This document shows positions 44,288-53,474 of a stretch of 64,000 nucleotides of DNA, piece after piece; the first letter of the stretch is position 1, and every line of letters starts with the position of its first letter. This DNA is from an uncultured Poribacteria bacterium (lineage in GTDB: Bacteria > Poribacteria > WGA-4E > WGA-3G). A program made the position numbers and the translations under genes. Location of the stretch: the NCBI GenBank assembly GCA_958296135.2, contig CATQHZ020000001.1:1-64000 (forward strand). The letters run 5' to 3'. Below the pieces are notes generated by a model, which had not been told where the DNA came from, did not search any database, and saw only the letters and a program-made list of their open reading frames with translations.

Positions 44288-45223
44288 ATGAAGAAAATGT
44301 TTTGGATAGTAACGATGCTGTCTGTGCTCTGTGTTGCCACCAGTTACGGGCAGTATAACGGCGAGTGTTGGGTTGTAAGCGAAGGCACCACGGTCTATAA
44401 GTTGTATTCAAATGGGAACGCCGATCCGCAGGTGATTCCCAACTTACCGCAAGCGAGTGCGGCTGAAGTGAATCCGGCCGATGGTGTCGTGTGGATTGCT
44501 GTCTCGGCGGCAAATACCGTCTATCGGTATAACCCAAACAGCGGCGAGTTTCTGGCGATTCCGGATATCAACCGGCCGAGCATGATAGCCATTAATCCCG
44601 CAGACGGTTCGGCGTGGATTGCCGGGTTTGATGCAGTCAAAAAGGTATCCGGCGATGGTGCCCAGGTACTCGCGACAATAGAGGCACACGAGCCTGCTGT
44701 GGCAGTGAACCCGAAGGACGGTTCCGCATGGATAACGAATGCCCGCGGTCCGATTGCGCGTTACGATGCCACGGGGAATAAAATCGCTGATGCGCCGCCG
44801 ATGGGCGAACCGAAAGGCGTAACGGTTGACTACCAAGGAAACGCCTGGGTCGCGGACAGCCAACACAGCGTCCTCATGCGAGTTTCACCTGATGGCCAGA
44901 AATTGGTGGAGATAACCGATATTCTGAATCCTACGTCACCCCGTATCAATGTGAAGGATGATAGCGTGTGGGTAGTCTCGCAACAATCGATGCTGGTAAA
45001 TTTATCGAAGGATGGGACAAAAGTGACTGAATTCCCCGCTGGGATGGCAATCGTCGCGATAAGTGTCTCGCCAACCGATGGGGCAATTTGGGTGGCAGAC
45101 CTGCTCGGTGCAACGTTCACCGGCGAAGTGAGTAAATACTCGGCAAGCGGCCAAAAACTGTTTCCTAACCCGATTCCACTTCTACAACCTTCCTCCGTTT
45201 CGGTTGGGTATTGGGAACCATAA
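44288..45223 (+). CDS. Secreted beta-propeller protein (NHL/Vgb-like)
   Basis: AAGGAG RBS, signal peptide, repeated VNPxDGxxW blades. Confidence 0.8.
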   Translation: MKKMFWIVTMLSVLCVATSYGQYNGECWVVSEGTTVYKLYSNGNADPQVIPNLPQASAAEVNPADGVVWIAVSAANTVYRYNPNSGEFLAIPDINRPSMIAINPADGSAWIAGFDAVKKVSGDGAQVLATIEAHEPAVAVNPKDGSAWITNARGPIARYDATGNKIADAPPMGEPKGVTVDYQGNAWVADSQHSVLMRVSPDGQKLVEITDILNPTSPRINVKDDSVWVVSQQSMLVNLSKDGTKVTEFPAGMAIVAISVSPTDGAIWVADLLGATFTGEVSKYSASGQKLFPNPIPLLQPSSVSVGYWEP

Positions 45224-45264
45224 AAAATGCGCGCTGCCAAAGCGCGCAAAGGGGGCACACCATC

Positions 45265-47691
45265 ATGATTAGACACTGCCTTTGCCGCATCGCTGTTTTT
45301 ATTGCTGTTGCTGGCGTGCTTTCCGGACGCGCAATCGCGCAACTCCCCGATTTTCACGTTGACGCGGACAGCATCACCTTTTCTAATCCGGCACCCGTTG
45401 AAGGCGAAGAAATCATCATCTGGGTCCGTGTGAAAAACGTGGGGGATGCCACCCCGACGATGAACGAAGACCTGGTGGTTAACCTTTATGAAGGCGACCC
45501 GAGGAAGACGCAACCCCTTCAAATTCTATGCAGGGATGTCATTTTAGAGTTAAAACCCGGAAAATCTGGGCGCGTGAAGGCGCGATGGCGGCCACCGCCC
45601 GGGCAAGCGGAGATTTATGCTGTCGTCAATCCTCCCGGGGATGCGCACATTCAGGAGGCTGACGCTGGCAATAACGTCGCGCATACGACGCTCGTCGCAG
45701 AAGCATTGACATTCCCCGCCGCGACACCCAAGCAAATTGAAAAGGCGATAGCCAGAGGTGTCGCTTGGATAGAAGCGCAGCAAGGCAAACATAGCCGCAC
45801 CTGTCTGCAATGCGGGGCTGTGAACCAGCTCATTCTGTCCTGCATCACTTGCAACGCGAACCTGAAGGGATTGGCAGAGAATTTTATACCGGGCTCTATG
45901 TGGAATTTCGGCGAAGACCGGACGCAGGAAACCGCGCTGGCATTGCAGGCACTGCTCGGAGCCGGACGAACGCTAGACTCCACCGCTGTCCAAAAAGGGC
46001 TCACGTTTCTGTTGGAACAGGATTGGAATGAATTTTCGGTATACCAATATGCAGTGGTAATCCCAGTTTTAGTGGCGACGCAGGATCCTACCTATAGGGC
46101 GCGCGCCCAATTTGCGGTGAACCAGCTCGTCAAAAAGCAGCTCCCAGTGAAGAATAGCCAATTTGCCGACCCGAGAGACAATGGTGGCTGGGGATATGGC
46201 TACACCGCCGATGGCGCGCACATGAACATGGTTATCTACGCGCTCTACGCCGCGAAACAAGCAGGACTTGAAATTCCGCAGCAAACGTGGGAACGCGCAG
46301 AAAAGTGGGTCCGCCGAAACCAGATTGAAACCGGGGGGTGGCTCTATAATCTCGTTGACGATGGCTCACCGTGGGCGATAGGTGTCTACGGCAGCATGAC
46401 GGCGACCGGATTGTGGGCCCTTCGCGCTTGTGGGGCCCCCGTTGAAGATGCGCAAATCCAAAAAGGCATCGCGTGGGTGAGGAAGTATTGGACGTTAACG
46501 CGAAATCCCGGTGCTAATTCATGGCTTTACTATTATCTGCTCTCGTTGCAACGGTTCTGCGACATCCCGCCGATGCAGGAAACGCTTGCAGGGCACGCAT
46601 GGTATGATGAAATGTCCAGCATGATGGTAGCGCGTCAGGAGCCGAATGGCAGGTGGCAAGGCGCGGAGAGCGATTTCTTGACGACATGTTTCGCGGTGAT
46701 GTCTTTAAGCCGCGCGCTTGTCGGGCCGACACAACCCAATATCGGCATTGTGCCGCGGAGCCTGCGGTTTTCGCCGCCTGCGCCGCGCGTCGGAGAAGCA
46801 GTCCGCCTCAGTGCAACGCTCAGAAATACCGGAACGCCTTTTGATGGAATTCTTAACGTCGGATTTTACGTCGATGAGGGGGAGGTTGCGACAGCAGAAG
46901 TACTTTGGACTCCCACCCTCGGCGAAACATCGATATCCGCTGACTGGGTACCCACGACGGCAGGCGACGTGACAGTTGCCGCACAGATAGAGACATCCGA
47001 TAACAGTGCCGTTACGCACAGCCTGTTTACAGCGGACAATATGGCGACAGAGGCACTCACTGTCTATCCGCAATCCACGGCGGCGACAGACGCGCAACTC
47101 GCTAAGCCTCAAAAACTTGGAGAGAACCTTTATCAGCTCGGCAGTGTCATTTTTGATACCAACAAACGCGAGGTCCGCGTGCTGGGCGAGATTAACATTG
47201 TGGGTGCGGATGCCAATATTGAATTCTTCGCCTGCGGCAAGCTTGGCAAAACGCACGAAAGTGTGCTCATCCTTCACGCTGAGCCGTTTTATCTATTTAC
47301 GGCATTGGGCCTGCTCGCTCTTGAGCCAGGCATGAATCTCGTTGACGAAGGCGATGCGCGGCAACCAGAGGGCTCACTCGTTGAAATCTGGGTAGAATGG
47401 GAACGCGCGGATGAGATTGTCTCACGCCGAGCGGAGCAGTTGATGTGGAATGCCTTCCAAGAACGGCCGATGCAAGAAACGCCGTGGGTTTTCACCGGTA
47501 GCAGGATTATCAACAATCAGTTGACTGCGCAGCTTTTTCATAACATCATCGCTGTCTATCGCGACCCGGACGCGCTTTTCAATCATCCGCTGCCCACCGG
47601 CACCGACGACAACACCTACCGTGTCAACACGGATGTGATTCCGCCGCAACGCACAAAAGTGACGGTGATTATTCGGCCGGTGGATGCTTAG
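45265..47691 (+). CDS. Secreted CARDB + prenyltransferase/squalene-cyclase-like barrel + CARDB + YdjY-like protein
   Basis: VKNVG...E.DAGNN; QW-type motifs (NGGWGY, Q.ETGGW.Y, QEPNGRW); EFFAC..GKTHESVL. Confidence 0.7.
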   Translation: MIRHCLCRIAVFIAVAGVLSGRAIAQLPDFHVDADSITFSNPAPVEGEEIIIWVRVKNVGDATPTMNEDLVVNLYEGDPRKTQPLQILCRDVILELKPGKSGRVKARWRPPPGQAEIYAVVNPPGDAHIQEADAGNNVAHTTLVAEALTFPAATPKQIEKAIARGVAWIEAQQGKHSRTCLQCGAVNQLILSCITCNANLKGLAENFIPGSMWNFGEDRTQETALALQALLGAGRTLDSTAVQKGLTFLLEQDWNEFSVYQYAVVIPVLVATQDPTYRARAQFAVNQLVKKQLPVKNSQFADPRDNGGWGYGYTADGAHMNMVIYALYAAKQAGLEIPQQTWERAEKWVRRNQIETGGWLYNLVDDGSPWAIGVYGSMTATGLWALRACGAPVEDAQIQKGIAWVRKYWTLTRNPGANSWLYYYLLSLQRFCDIPPMQETLAGHAWYDEMSSMMVARQEPNGRWQGAESDFLTTCFAVMSLSRALVGPTQPNIGIVPRSLRFSPPAPRVGEAVRLSATLRNTGTPFDGILNVGFYVDEGEVATAEVLWTPTLGETSISADWVPTTAGDVTVAAQIETSDNSAVTHSLFTADNMATEALTVYPQSTAATDAQLAKPQKLGENLYQLGSVIFDTNKREVRVLGEINIVGADANIEFFACGKLGKTHESVLILHAEPFYLFTALGLLALEPGMNLVDEGDARQPEGSLVEIWVEWERADEIVSRRAEQLMWNAFQERPMQETPWVFTGSRIINNQLTAQLFHNIIAVYRDPDALFNHPLPTGTDDNTYRVNTDVIPPQRTKVTVIIRPVDA

Positions 47692-47919
47692 GAAGTCTAC
47701 CTCGGTCTTGTCTTCCCGTAAGGCGAGGGCCTGTCCCTCGTCTTACCGTGTTCTGCCGTTATTGGAAAACGAAATCGTTTTGGAAATAGCACGGCATTGT
47801 GGTATTTTCGCGCCGTATATGTTATACTTAAGTCTCGCGTGCAAGGTGCTCAAGATTGGGACCCCAACAGGTTTTAGCCAATATAAATGGCTTGCACGTG
47901 CCGTTAAAGGAATATCCAA

Positions 47920-48426
47920 ATGGCAAGAGATAAAGACATAGTCGAGAAGAGAGTGCCTGTCTTCAGTTTCAGGCAGGGAATGTTTCTTGCAGACCTTATT
48001 TTCTTTCTCGTGCTGATAGCGGGCTATACTCACATGGTAGGAAGATATGAGTTCGCCAAAGGCAGGGAAAGTTCTGTTGAAACGATAATCGCCATCGTAG
48101 GACATGTTGGAGAGTTTATTTCGGTGGCTTTCGTTTTAACCTTGTTTTTTGAAATCGGAGGGTCTCTTATCATGATACTGTGGAACCTCTACAAGAGGGA
48201 ACAAGAGAAACGACTCAGGGAAGTGACGGCCGAAGTGACGGCCGAAGTGACTAAGAGAGTGACTAAGAGAGTGACGGCGGAAGTTGCTGCGGAAGTGACG
48301 GCGGCAGTCACCACGGAGAGAGATCGGGCGTGGACAGAGTGGAACACCCGGCGGATGGCGGCAGAGGCAAGCGGTACCCCTTTTCATGAACCGCCGCCGA
48401 CTTCGCCACAAGTTGCCCCGGAATAG
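47920..48426 (+). CDS. Two-TM protein with a 4-aa-repeat C-terminal module; paralog of 55833-56369
   Basis: AAAGGA RBS; two hydrophobic helices; EVTA/RVTK repeats; W..W..RR.AA...G.PF.EP.P tail. Confidence 0.75.
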   Translation: MARDKDIVEKRVPVFSFRQGMFLADLIFFLVLIAGYTHMVGRYEFAKGRESSVETIIAIVGHVGEFISVAFVLTLFFEIGGSLIMILWNLYKREQEKRLREVTAEVTAEVTKRVTKRVTAEVAAEVTAAVTTERDRAWTEWNTRRMAAEASGTPFHEPPPTSPQVAPE

Positions 48427-48650
48427 CGAACGGTTTCCCGCCCCGCTTCTGTGCGGGGGATCGGATGAATCTCTGTGGAGCGGGAGTTCTTCTCGCTCCA
48501 TAACACAATGCGGAACAACTATTCCGCCCAGATTTTAGGGGCTAAAAATAGCATCGAAAACGTAGTCATCGACAACGTCAATGACAAGTTACGCAAAGGA
48601 ACGTTATTGCTCCAACCCACCTATCCGAACGCTTTACGCCAAAATAAAAA

Positions 48651-50069
48651 ATGAGACAGAAAACTGAAAACAAGCCCCCCAATATCCTGCGGGAGATTCA
48701 ATCAAACAAGGTGAAGCCGGTGTATCTGCTCTGTGGCGAGGAGAGTTTCCTCATTGAGGGAACGCTCAAGCAGATGCTGGATACCCTACTGACACCCGAC
48801 ACGCGCGATTTTAACCTCTCCTTTTTAGAGGGAACCGCTGTCACAACGCGCGAAATCCTGAGCCAGGTCGGTCTCTATCCCGTCATCTCCAAGTGGCGGG
48901 TTGTCGTGGTGCGCGACCCGCAGTTTTTCAAGACGCAGAAGCGTGCGACGCCGATAACGCTCATCCGCAATGCTGTCAAATTGGAGAATGCGGATGCCCA
49001 AAAATGTATCGTGACGATGGCGAAACTGTTGGAAGTTACACCGCAACAGCTCGCCGAACGCCACGCAGATTTCACAAACGCTGTCGACGCAGTTATTGAT
49101 GAAGTGGGCGATAAATTAACCGCGGACGAGCGCGCGTTCCTGGAGCGGCTACCGCAAATCGCCGAAACGGTAGACGTTTCTTCTGCGGATACCAGGGATG
49201 CTGACGATGCAGAATTGCTGTTTGAATGGCTCCAAGGCGAACTCCCCAAAACGAGCGTGCTGATAGTGACGGTGCAGGGTGCTGTCAACGAACGGAACCG
49301 CCTCGTGAAGCAAATCCAAGAGGTGGGCCGCTATGTCTCCTTCCAACCGTTTTCTGGGGCCGCTTCAGGGGGGAACGTCACTCGCGACCCGCTCTATAAA
49401 AAAGTCTCGGAGAAGTTCGCCGAATTTGATAAGCAGATAACGCCCCGCGCCTACAACCAACTCCGCACTCGCACCGGCGGCGACATGCACACCATCGCCG
49501 AAGCCATCAACAAGATTGTGAATTTTGTCGGCGATAAACACCAGATTGACGAGCAAGATGTACGGAATATGGTAACGCAAAATACCTTTGACAGCATTTT
49601 CGACCTTACCGATGCAATCGGTAGGCGTTCTGTCGCGCAAGCACTGAAAAGCCTTCACGAAGTGTTAGCCAGCGGCGAACCACACATTAAGGTGCATACG
49701 CTGATTATCCGCCAACTCCGCCTGGCACTGCAGGCGAAACTCGTCTCGGCAAAAGGAAACCGCAAGCAAATAGGGCGCAGAATGCAGTTTGATACGTTTG
49801 TAAACGACATTTTTAAACCGCTCTCCCACGAAATGGCGGATTTACTCCCAACAGCCGCGGATACGAACGTCCTGAAGCAACGGCCCTATGCCGCCTACAA
49901 AATTTTTCAGACGCTCCATGCTTTCACCGTTGAGGAACTTATGGCTGCTCTTCAAAAGGCGTTGGAAGTGGACACCCAATTGAAAACCAGCCAATTAGAC
50001 GCTACCTGCATTTTGGAGCAATTGGTGTGTGAGTTGTGTGAAAGCCCGAGGGGCCGCAGGCATCCTTAA
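48651..50069 (+). CDS. holA: DNA polymerase III subunit delta, with a long internal insertion
   Basis: PVYLLCGEESFL, DFN, IFDLTDAIG, D.QLK....D...LE.LV. Confidence 0.88.
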   Translation: MRQKTENKPPNILREIQSNKVKPVYLLCGEESFLIEGTLKQMLDTLLTPDTRDFNLSFLEGTAVTTREILSQVGLYPVISKWRVVVVRDPQFFKTQKRATPITLIRNAVKLENADAQKCIVTMAKLLEVTPQQLAERHADFTNAVDAVIDEVGDKLTADERAFLERLPQIAETVDVSSADTRDADDAELLFEWLQGELPKTSVLIVTVQGAVNERNRLVKQIQEVGRYVSFQPFSGAASGGNVTRDPLYKKVSEKFAEFDKQITPRAYNQLRTRTGGDMHTIAEAINKIVNFVGDKHQIDEQDVRNMVTQNTFDSIFDLTDAIGRRSVAQALKSLHEVLASGEPHIKVHTLIIRQLRLALQAKLVSAKGNRKQIGRRMQFDTFVNDIFKPLSHEMADLLPTAADTNVLKQRPYAAYKIFQTLHAFTVEELMAALQKALEVDTQLKTSQLDATCILEQLVCELCESPRGRRHP

Positions 50070-50178
50070 CCGAGCCTATTTTTTACTATCCTTTTCGCGT
50101 CGAGAAGACTCTATCTCATAGCAAAGAAAATAACCCGGTTGAGTCTACGTAGTTCTGATAGAAAAAGGAGGATTTGGC

Positions 50179-50412
50179 ATGTCACAAATCATTCTCATTA
50201 TTGCCATTATTTTTGGTAGCGTTACCGTGACGACGCTCGGATGCGTGTGGATGGGGACATCCTACTACGCAAAGAAACGCGGATTAACAAAAGGCGCATC
50301 GCAACACGAGATAGAGGCACTTCAGAAGAAGGTGAACCACGTGCAACAAGAAGTGGTAACCCTCCGGAAAGAGGTGAAACGCCTCATCAAAATCGCCAAG
50401 GGCGGCGGGTAA
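50179..50412 (+). CDS. Small single-TM coiled-coil protein
   Basis: AAGGAGG RBS; TM helix followed by a heptad pattern. Confidence 0.7.
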   Translation: MSQIILIIAIIFGSVTVTTLGCVWMGTSYYAKKRGLTKGASQHEIEALQKKVNHVQQEVVTLRKEVKRLIKIAKGGG

Positions 50413-50426
50413 GGGAGGGATATCGC

Positions 50427-50768
50427 ATGGGATTGCTGCTACTTCTCATTTTTCTTGGGCTGATGCTCTTTTTTATCGTTGAGTTTGTGGCCGTGATTAC
50501 CGCCGTTGTGGCTATCGTTGCCGGTGGGACAATGCTCATCGTGTTGGTGAGCGTCTGGCTGTGCACCTCGTATTTCCTCAGGAAATCGGGTTACGAGCCG
50601 GGCGGCGCGCGAAACGCCTATCGCCAAGTTGAATCCGATTTGGACGGGGTGATTGCGGATTTGCAGGAAGTCCGCTTTGAATTGGACGAGGTTGCGCCGC
50701 TCTTGCAGGACCTGGAATTTATCAGATATGCCCGCCAGGACCGCAGAACCGGCAAAAAATCTTCGTAA
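50427..50768 (+). CDS. Small membrane protein with a coiled-coil tail
   Basis: GGGAGG RBS; long hydrophobic N-terminus; VWLCTSYF resembles VWMGTSYY in the upstream gene. Confidence 0.7.
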   Translation: MGLLLLLIFLGLMLFFIVEFVAVITAVVAIVAGGTMLIVLVSVWLCTSYFLRKSGYEPGGARNAYRQVESDLDGVIADLQEVRFELDEVAPLLQDLEFIRYARQDRRTGKKSS

Positions 50769-50903
50769 TCGTCCGGATGAAGGACAGCTGTTCCTCACCG
50801 TTCCAAGGGTGTTCCGCAGTCCCGTAGGGCGAGGGAAAACCCGGCGAGCGCGAATCGCCGAGGGTTTCCCTCGCCAGGCATCGAGCGTGACAGGAAACGT
50901 CTG

Positions 50904-50930
50904 AACGCCTTGGGCTTCGGGCGTTTTTTG
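50904..50930 (+). terminator. Intrinsic terminator
   Basis: aacgcc...ggcgtt stem followed by a T run. Confidence 0.5.
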
Positions 50931-50983
50931 TTGGTTGAGAAATCGCGGGGAACAGGCCCCCGCGCTACGAACTTGTAGATGCG

Positions 50984-52312
50984 TTAACCCCGCAATTCCT
51001 GCTGAATCCGCGCAACAACCTCCGCTCTCGCCACAGTCTGCTGCTCCCGAGTAGCAAGATTCCGAATCGCAACCGTCCCCGCCGATACCTCATCTGAACC
51101 AAGGATGGCGACGTAAGGAATGCCCCGGTTGTCCGCGTATTTTATCTGCGCGCTGATACGGGCAGGCCGGAAATAAACCTCGGTGCGCACACCGTTTTGG
51201 CGCAAAAGTGTCGCTAACTTCAGAGACGCCGGCATCAACTCGTCGTCGAAAACGGATACCAATACGTCTGTCACCGTCTTGCCGATGGAAGGCGGGAACA
51301 TGTCAAACGCCTCCATCACGTCAATAATCCGTTCGATGCCGAAGCTGGTGCCGGTAGCAGGGTAACTCTGCTTGCTGAAACTCCCGATCAGTTCGTCGTA
51401 TCTGCCGCCGCCGGTGATGCTCCCGATTTTCGGTTCTTTGACGACTGTTTCATAAATCGGTCCGGTGTAGTATTCCAACCCGCGCACCATCGCCACGTTG
51501 ACCCGGTAGCATTCTTCGGGAATACCGAGCATCGTGAGGTAGCCGATGAGCCGCTGCAATTCCGCGATGCCTTCTCGCGCCGCCGCCGAATCGCCGAGTT
51601 GCTCACCGAACGCGCTCAGCACCGTCTCTGCATCGCCTTCGATCTGGAGCAGCGGGAGCAGCTTCGCGATGACAGGTTCCGGAATTTCGTTTTGGCCCAA
51701 CTCCGCCCGAACCCCGTCCAACCCGATCTTGTCCAATTTATCGATAGAACGGTAGAGTCCACCGAGTTGCTCGGCTGGCACCCCGGCGAATTGCCCGATG
51801 CCGGTGATGAGCTGCCGGTCGTTGATATTAATCTCGAATTGCTTGAAACCGAGGCGTGACAGCACCTGATAGATGAGACTCACATTTTCTGCGTCCGCCA
51901 GCATGCTCTCGCTGCCGACGGTATCGGCATCGCACTGATAGAATTGGCGGTAGCGTCCCTTCTGTGGGCGTTCGGCGCGCCAGACCGGGGCGATCTGGTA
52001 TCGCTTGAACGGTTTCGGCAGCTGCGGATACATGGCGATGACGCGGCAGAGCGGCACGGAGAGATCATAGCGAAGGGAGATGTCCTCCTTCCCGCCGCTG
52101 TGTCCTGCCTGATAAATGAGTTTTTCGGCATCCGGGCCGTATTTGCCCATCAGCACTTCGGAGAGTTCCAGCGCGGGCGTTTGTAGCGGTTCAAACCCGA
52201 ATGCCTCAAAGACTTCTTGAACGGTATTAATGACGTAGTGTCGGCGGAGCATCTGTTCGGGTAAGATGTCTCGCATCCCGCGCGGCACGCGCGGTTTGAT
52301 AAAGGTTGCCAT
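50984..52312 (-). CDS. hisS: Histidyl-tRNA synthetase
   Basis: PRGMRD, LRYDLSVP, VWRAERPQKGRYRQFYQCDAD, RGLEYYTG, GGGRYD, SFGIERI; AAGGAGG RBS. Confidence 0.96.
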   Translation of the reverse strand: MATFIKPRVPRGMRDILPEQMLRRHYVINTVQEVFEAFGFEPLQTPALELSEVLMGKYGPDAEKLIYQAGHSGGKEDISLRYDLSVPLCRVIAMYPQLPKPFKRYQIAPVWRAERPQKGRYRQFYQCDADTVGSESMLADAENVSLIYQVLSRLGFKQFEININDRQLITGIGQFAGVPAEQLGGLYRSIDKLDKIGLDGVRAELGQNEIPEPVIAKLLPLLQIEGDAETVLSAFGEQLGDSAAAREGIAELQRLIGYLTMLGIPEECYRVNVAMVRGLEYYTGPIYETVVKEPKIGSITGGGRYDELIGSFSKQSYPATGTSFGIERIIDVMEAFDMFPPSIGKTVTDVLVSVFDDELMPASLKLATLLRQNGVRTEVYFRPARISAQIKYADNRGIPYVAILGSDEVSAGTVAIRNLATREQQTVARAEVVARIQQELRG

Positions 52313-52428
52313 GGGTTCCTCCTTTGTGGTATATGAACCGTCTTGGTCCGTAGCGCGGGGACCTGTCCCCCTCGCTCGCCGGGCCCTACGGGACTGCAGG
52401 ACGGTTGTTGTTAACCGCCTACCGGCTG

Positions 52429-53232
52429 CTAGATGTGCCCGGGCAATGCCTGGCTCCGCCGCCGGCGCAGCCCCTTCTCCAACGTCTGCTTGAATTCCGC
52501 AATCTTCGCCCCTTTCCACGAGTCTTTCAGCGATTTCGGGTTCGCAATCAGGGTAGATTCGGATTCTCGCAGCAGCTCGATTACCTTGAGTTCGTTCGCC
52601 ATGAGCGTCCGCCGGGACGAGGTGGAATTGTCGATGATGGCATCCGCTTCTTCGGGCGGCTTCCCTTCGGTTGCGCCGAAAGAGAGCATCAGCGTGATGG
52701 GCGACTGATAACTGCCGCGCGTATTGAGCCGCTTCCACGGTGTCAGGATAGCGGGGGCAATTTGGTTATCTGTCTTCTCAAGGATGTATTTCTCGGCGAG
52801 GTTGAGATACTCGGTGGAGATGCGGATGCTGTTAGAAAACGCGCTGGCGAGGGGCGCGCAAGAATCGGCGAGCTGCATCAGCTCTTCAAACGTGTTGATG
52901 TCATCGCGTTCTTGGCGCACTGCCAGCACAATGTCAATGCGCCCGTATTCTAGCGGCAAGATTTCTTCAACTGCCGCGTCTGCCTCCTCTGTCCAATCTT
53001 GTCCGGTGATGCCGATGTCATAGAAATCGTCCATCCCGACGTAGACAGGAATCTCTTGTGGGCGCGATATCTTGATTTGCAGTTCGCTGTCGTTGCGAAA
53101 GGCGGCGCGATACAACCGGTCTGTCTCCGTATACCCGTTGACATCGTAGCCGGCGCGTTGGAGCATTTCAAGCGTTTCGCCCTGCAGGCTGCCTTTGGGC
53201 AAAAGTAGGTTCAGTTTTTTTTCTGTTTGCAT
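52429..53232 (-). CDS. hisG: ATP phosphoribosyltransferase
   Basis: LPKGSL, RPQEIP.YV, DIGITG.DW, STEY, SFGATE, ADAIID. Confidence 0.92.
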   Translation of the reverse strand: MQTEKKLNLLLPKGSLQGETLEMLQRAGYDVNGYTETDRLYRAAFRNDSELQIKISRPQEIPVYVGMDDFYDIGITGQDWTEEADAAVEEILPLEYGRIDIVLAVRQERDDINTFEELMQLADSCAPLASAFSNSIRISTEYLNLAEKYILEKTDNQIAPAILTPWKRLNTRGSYQSPITLMLSFGATEGKPPEEADAIIDNSTSSRRTLMANELKVIELLRESESTLIANPKSLKDSWKGAKIAEFKQTLEKGLRRRRSQALPGHI

Positions 53233-53474
53233 CAGAGGGCTTCCTCGTAGTCAGTTCGTTTGAGTCTGTAGGCCGGTCTTCCTGGGCCTGATGTTCCGTG
53301 AATCGTCGAGCCCGGGAGGCTGCGCCTCCCGGAAGTTATATGACATTAACTTGATTCGCATCGTCTCTGTAGGTGGAGATGCACCAAATCTGGATCCGTT
53401 CGGGATTAGGCGAGCCCGAAGGACAGCGGAAAACTGGATATGACAGACGCAGGAAAAATCAACTTCATTTGGTA

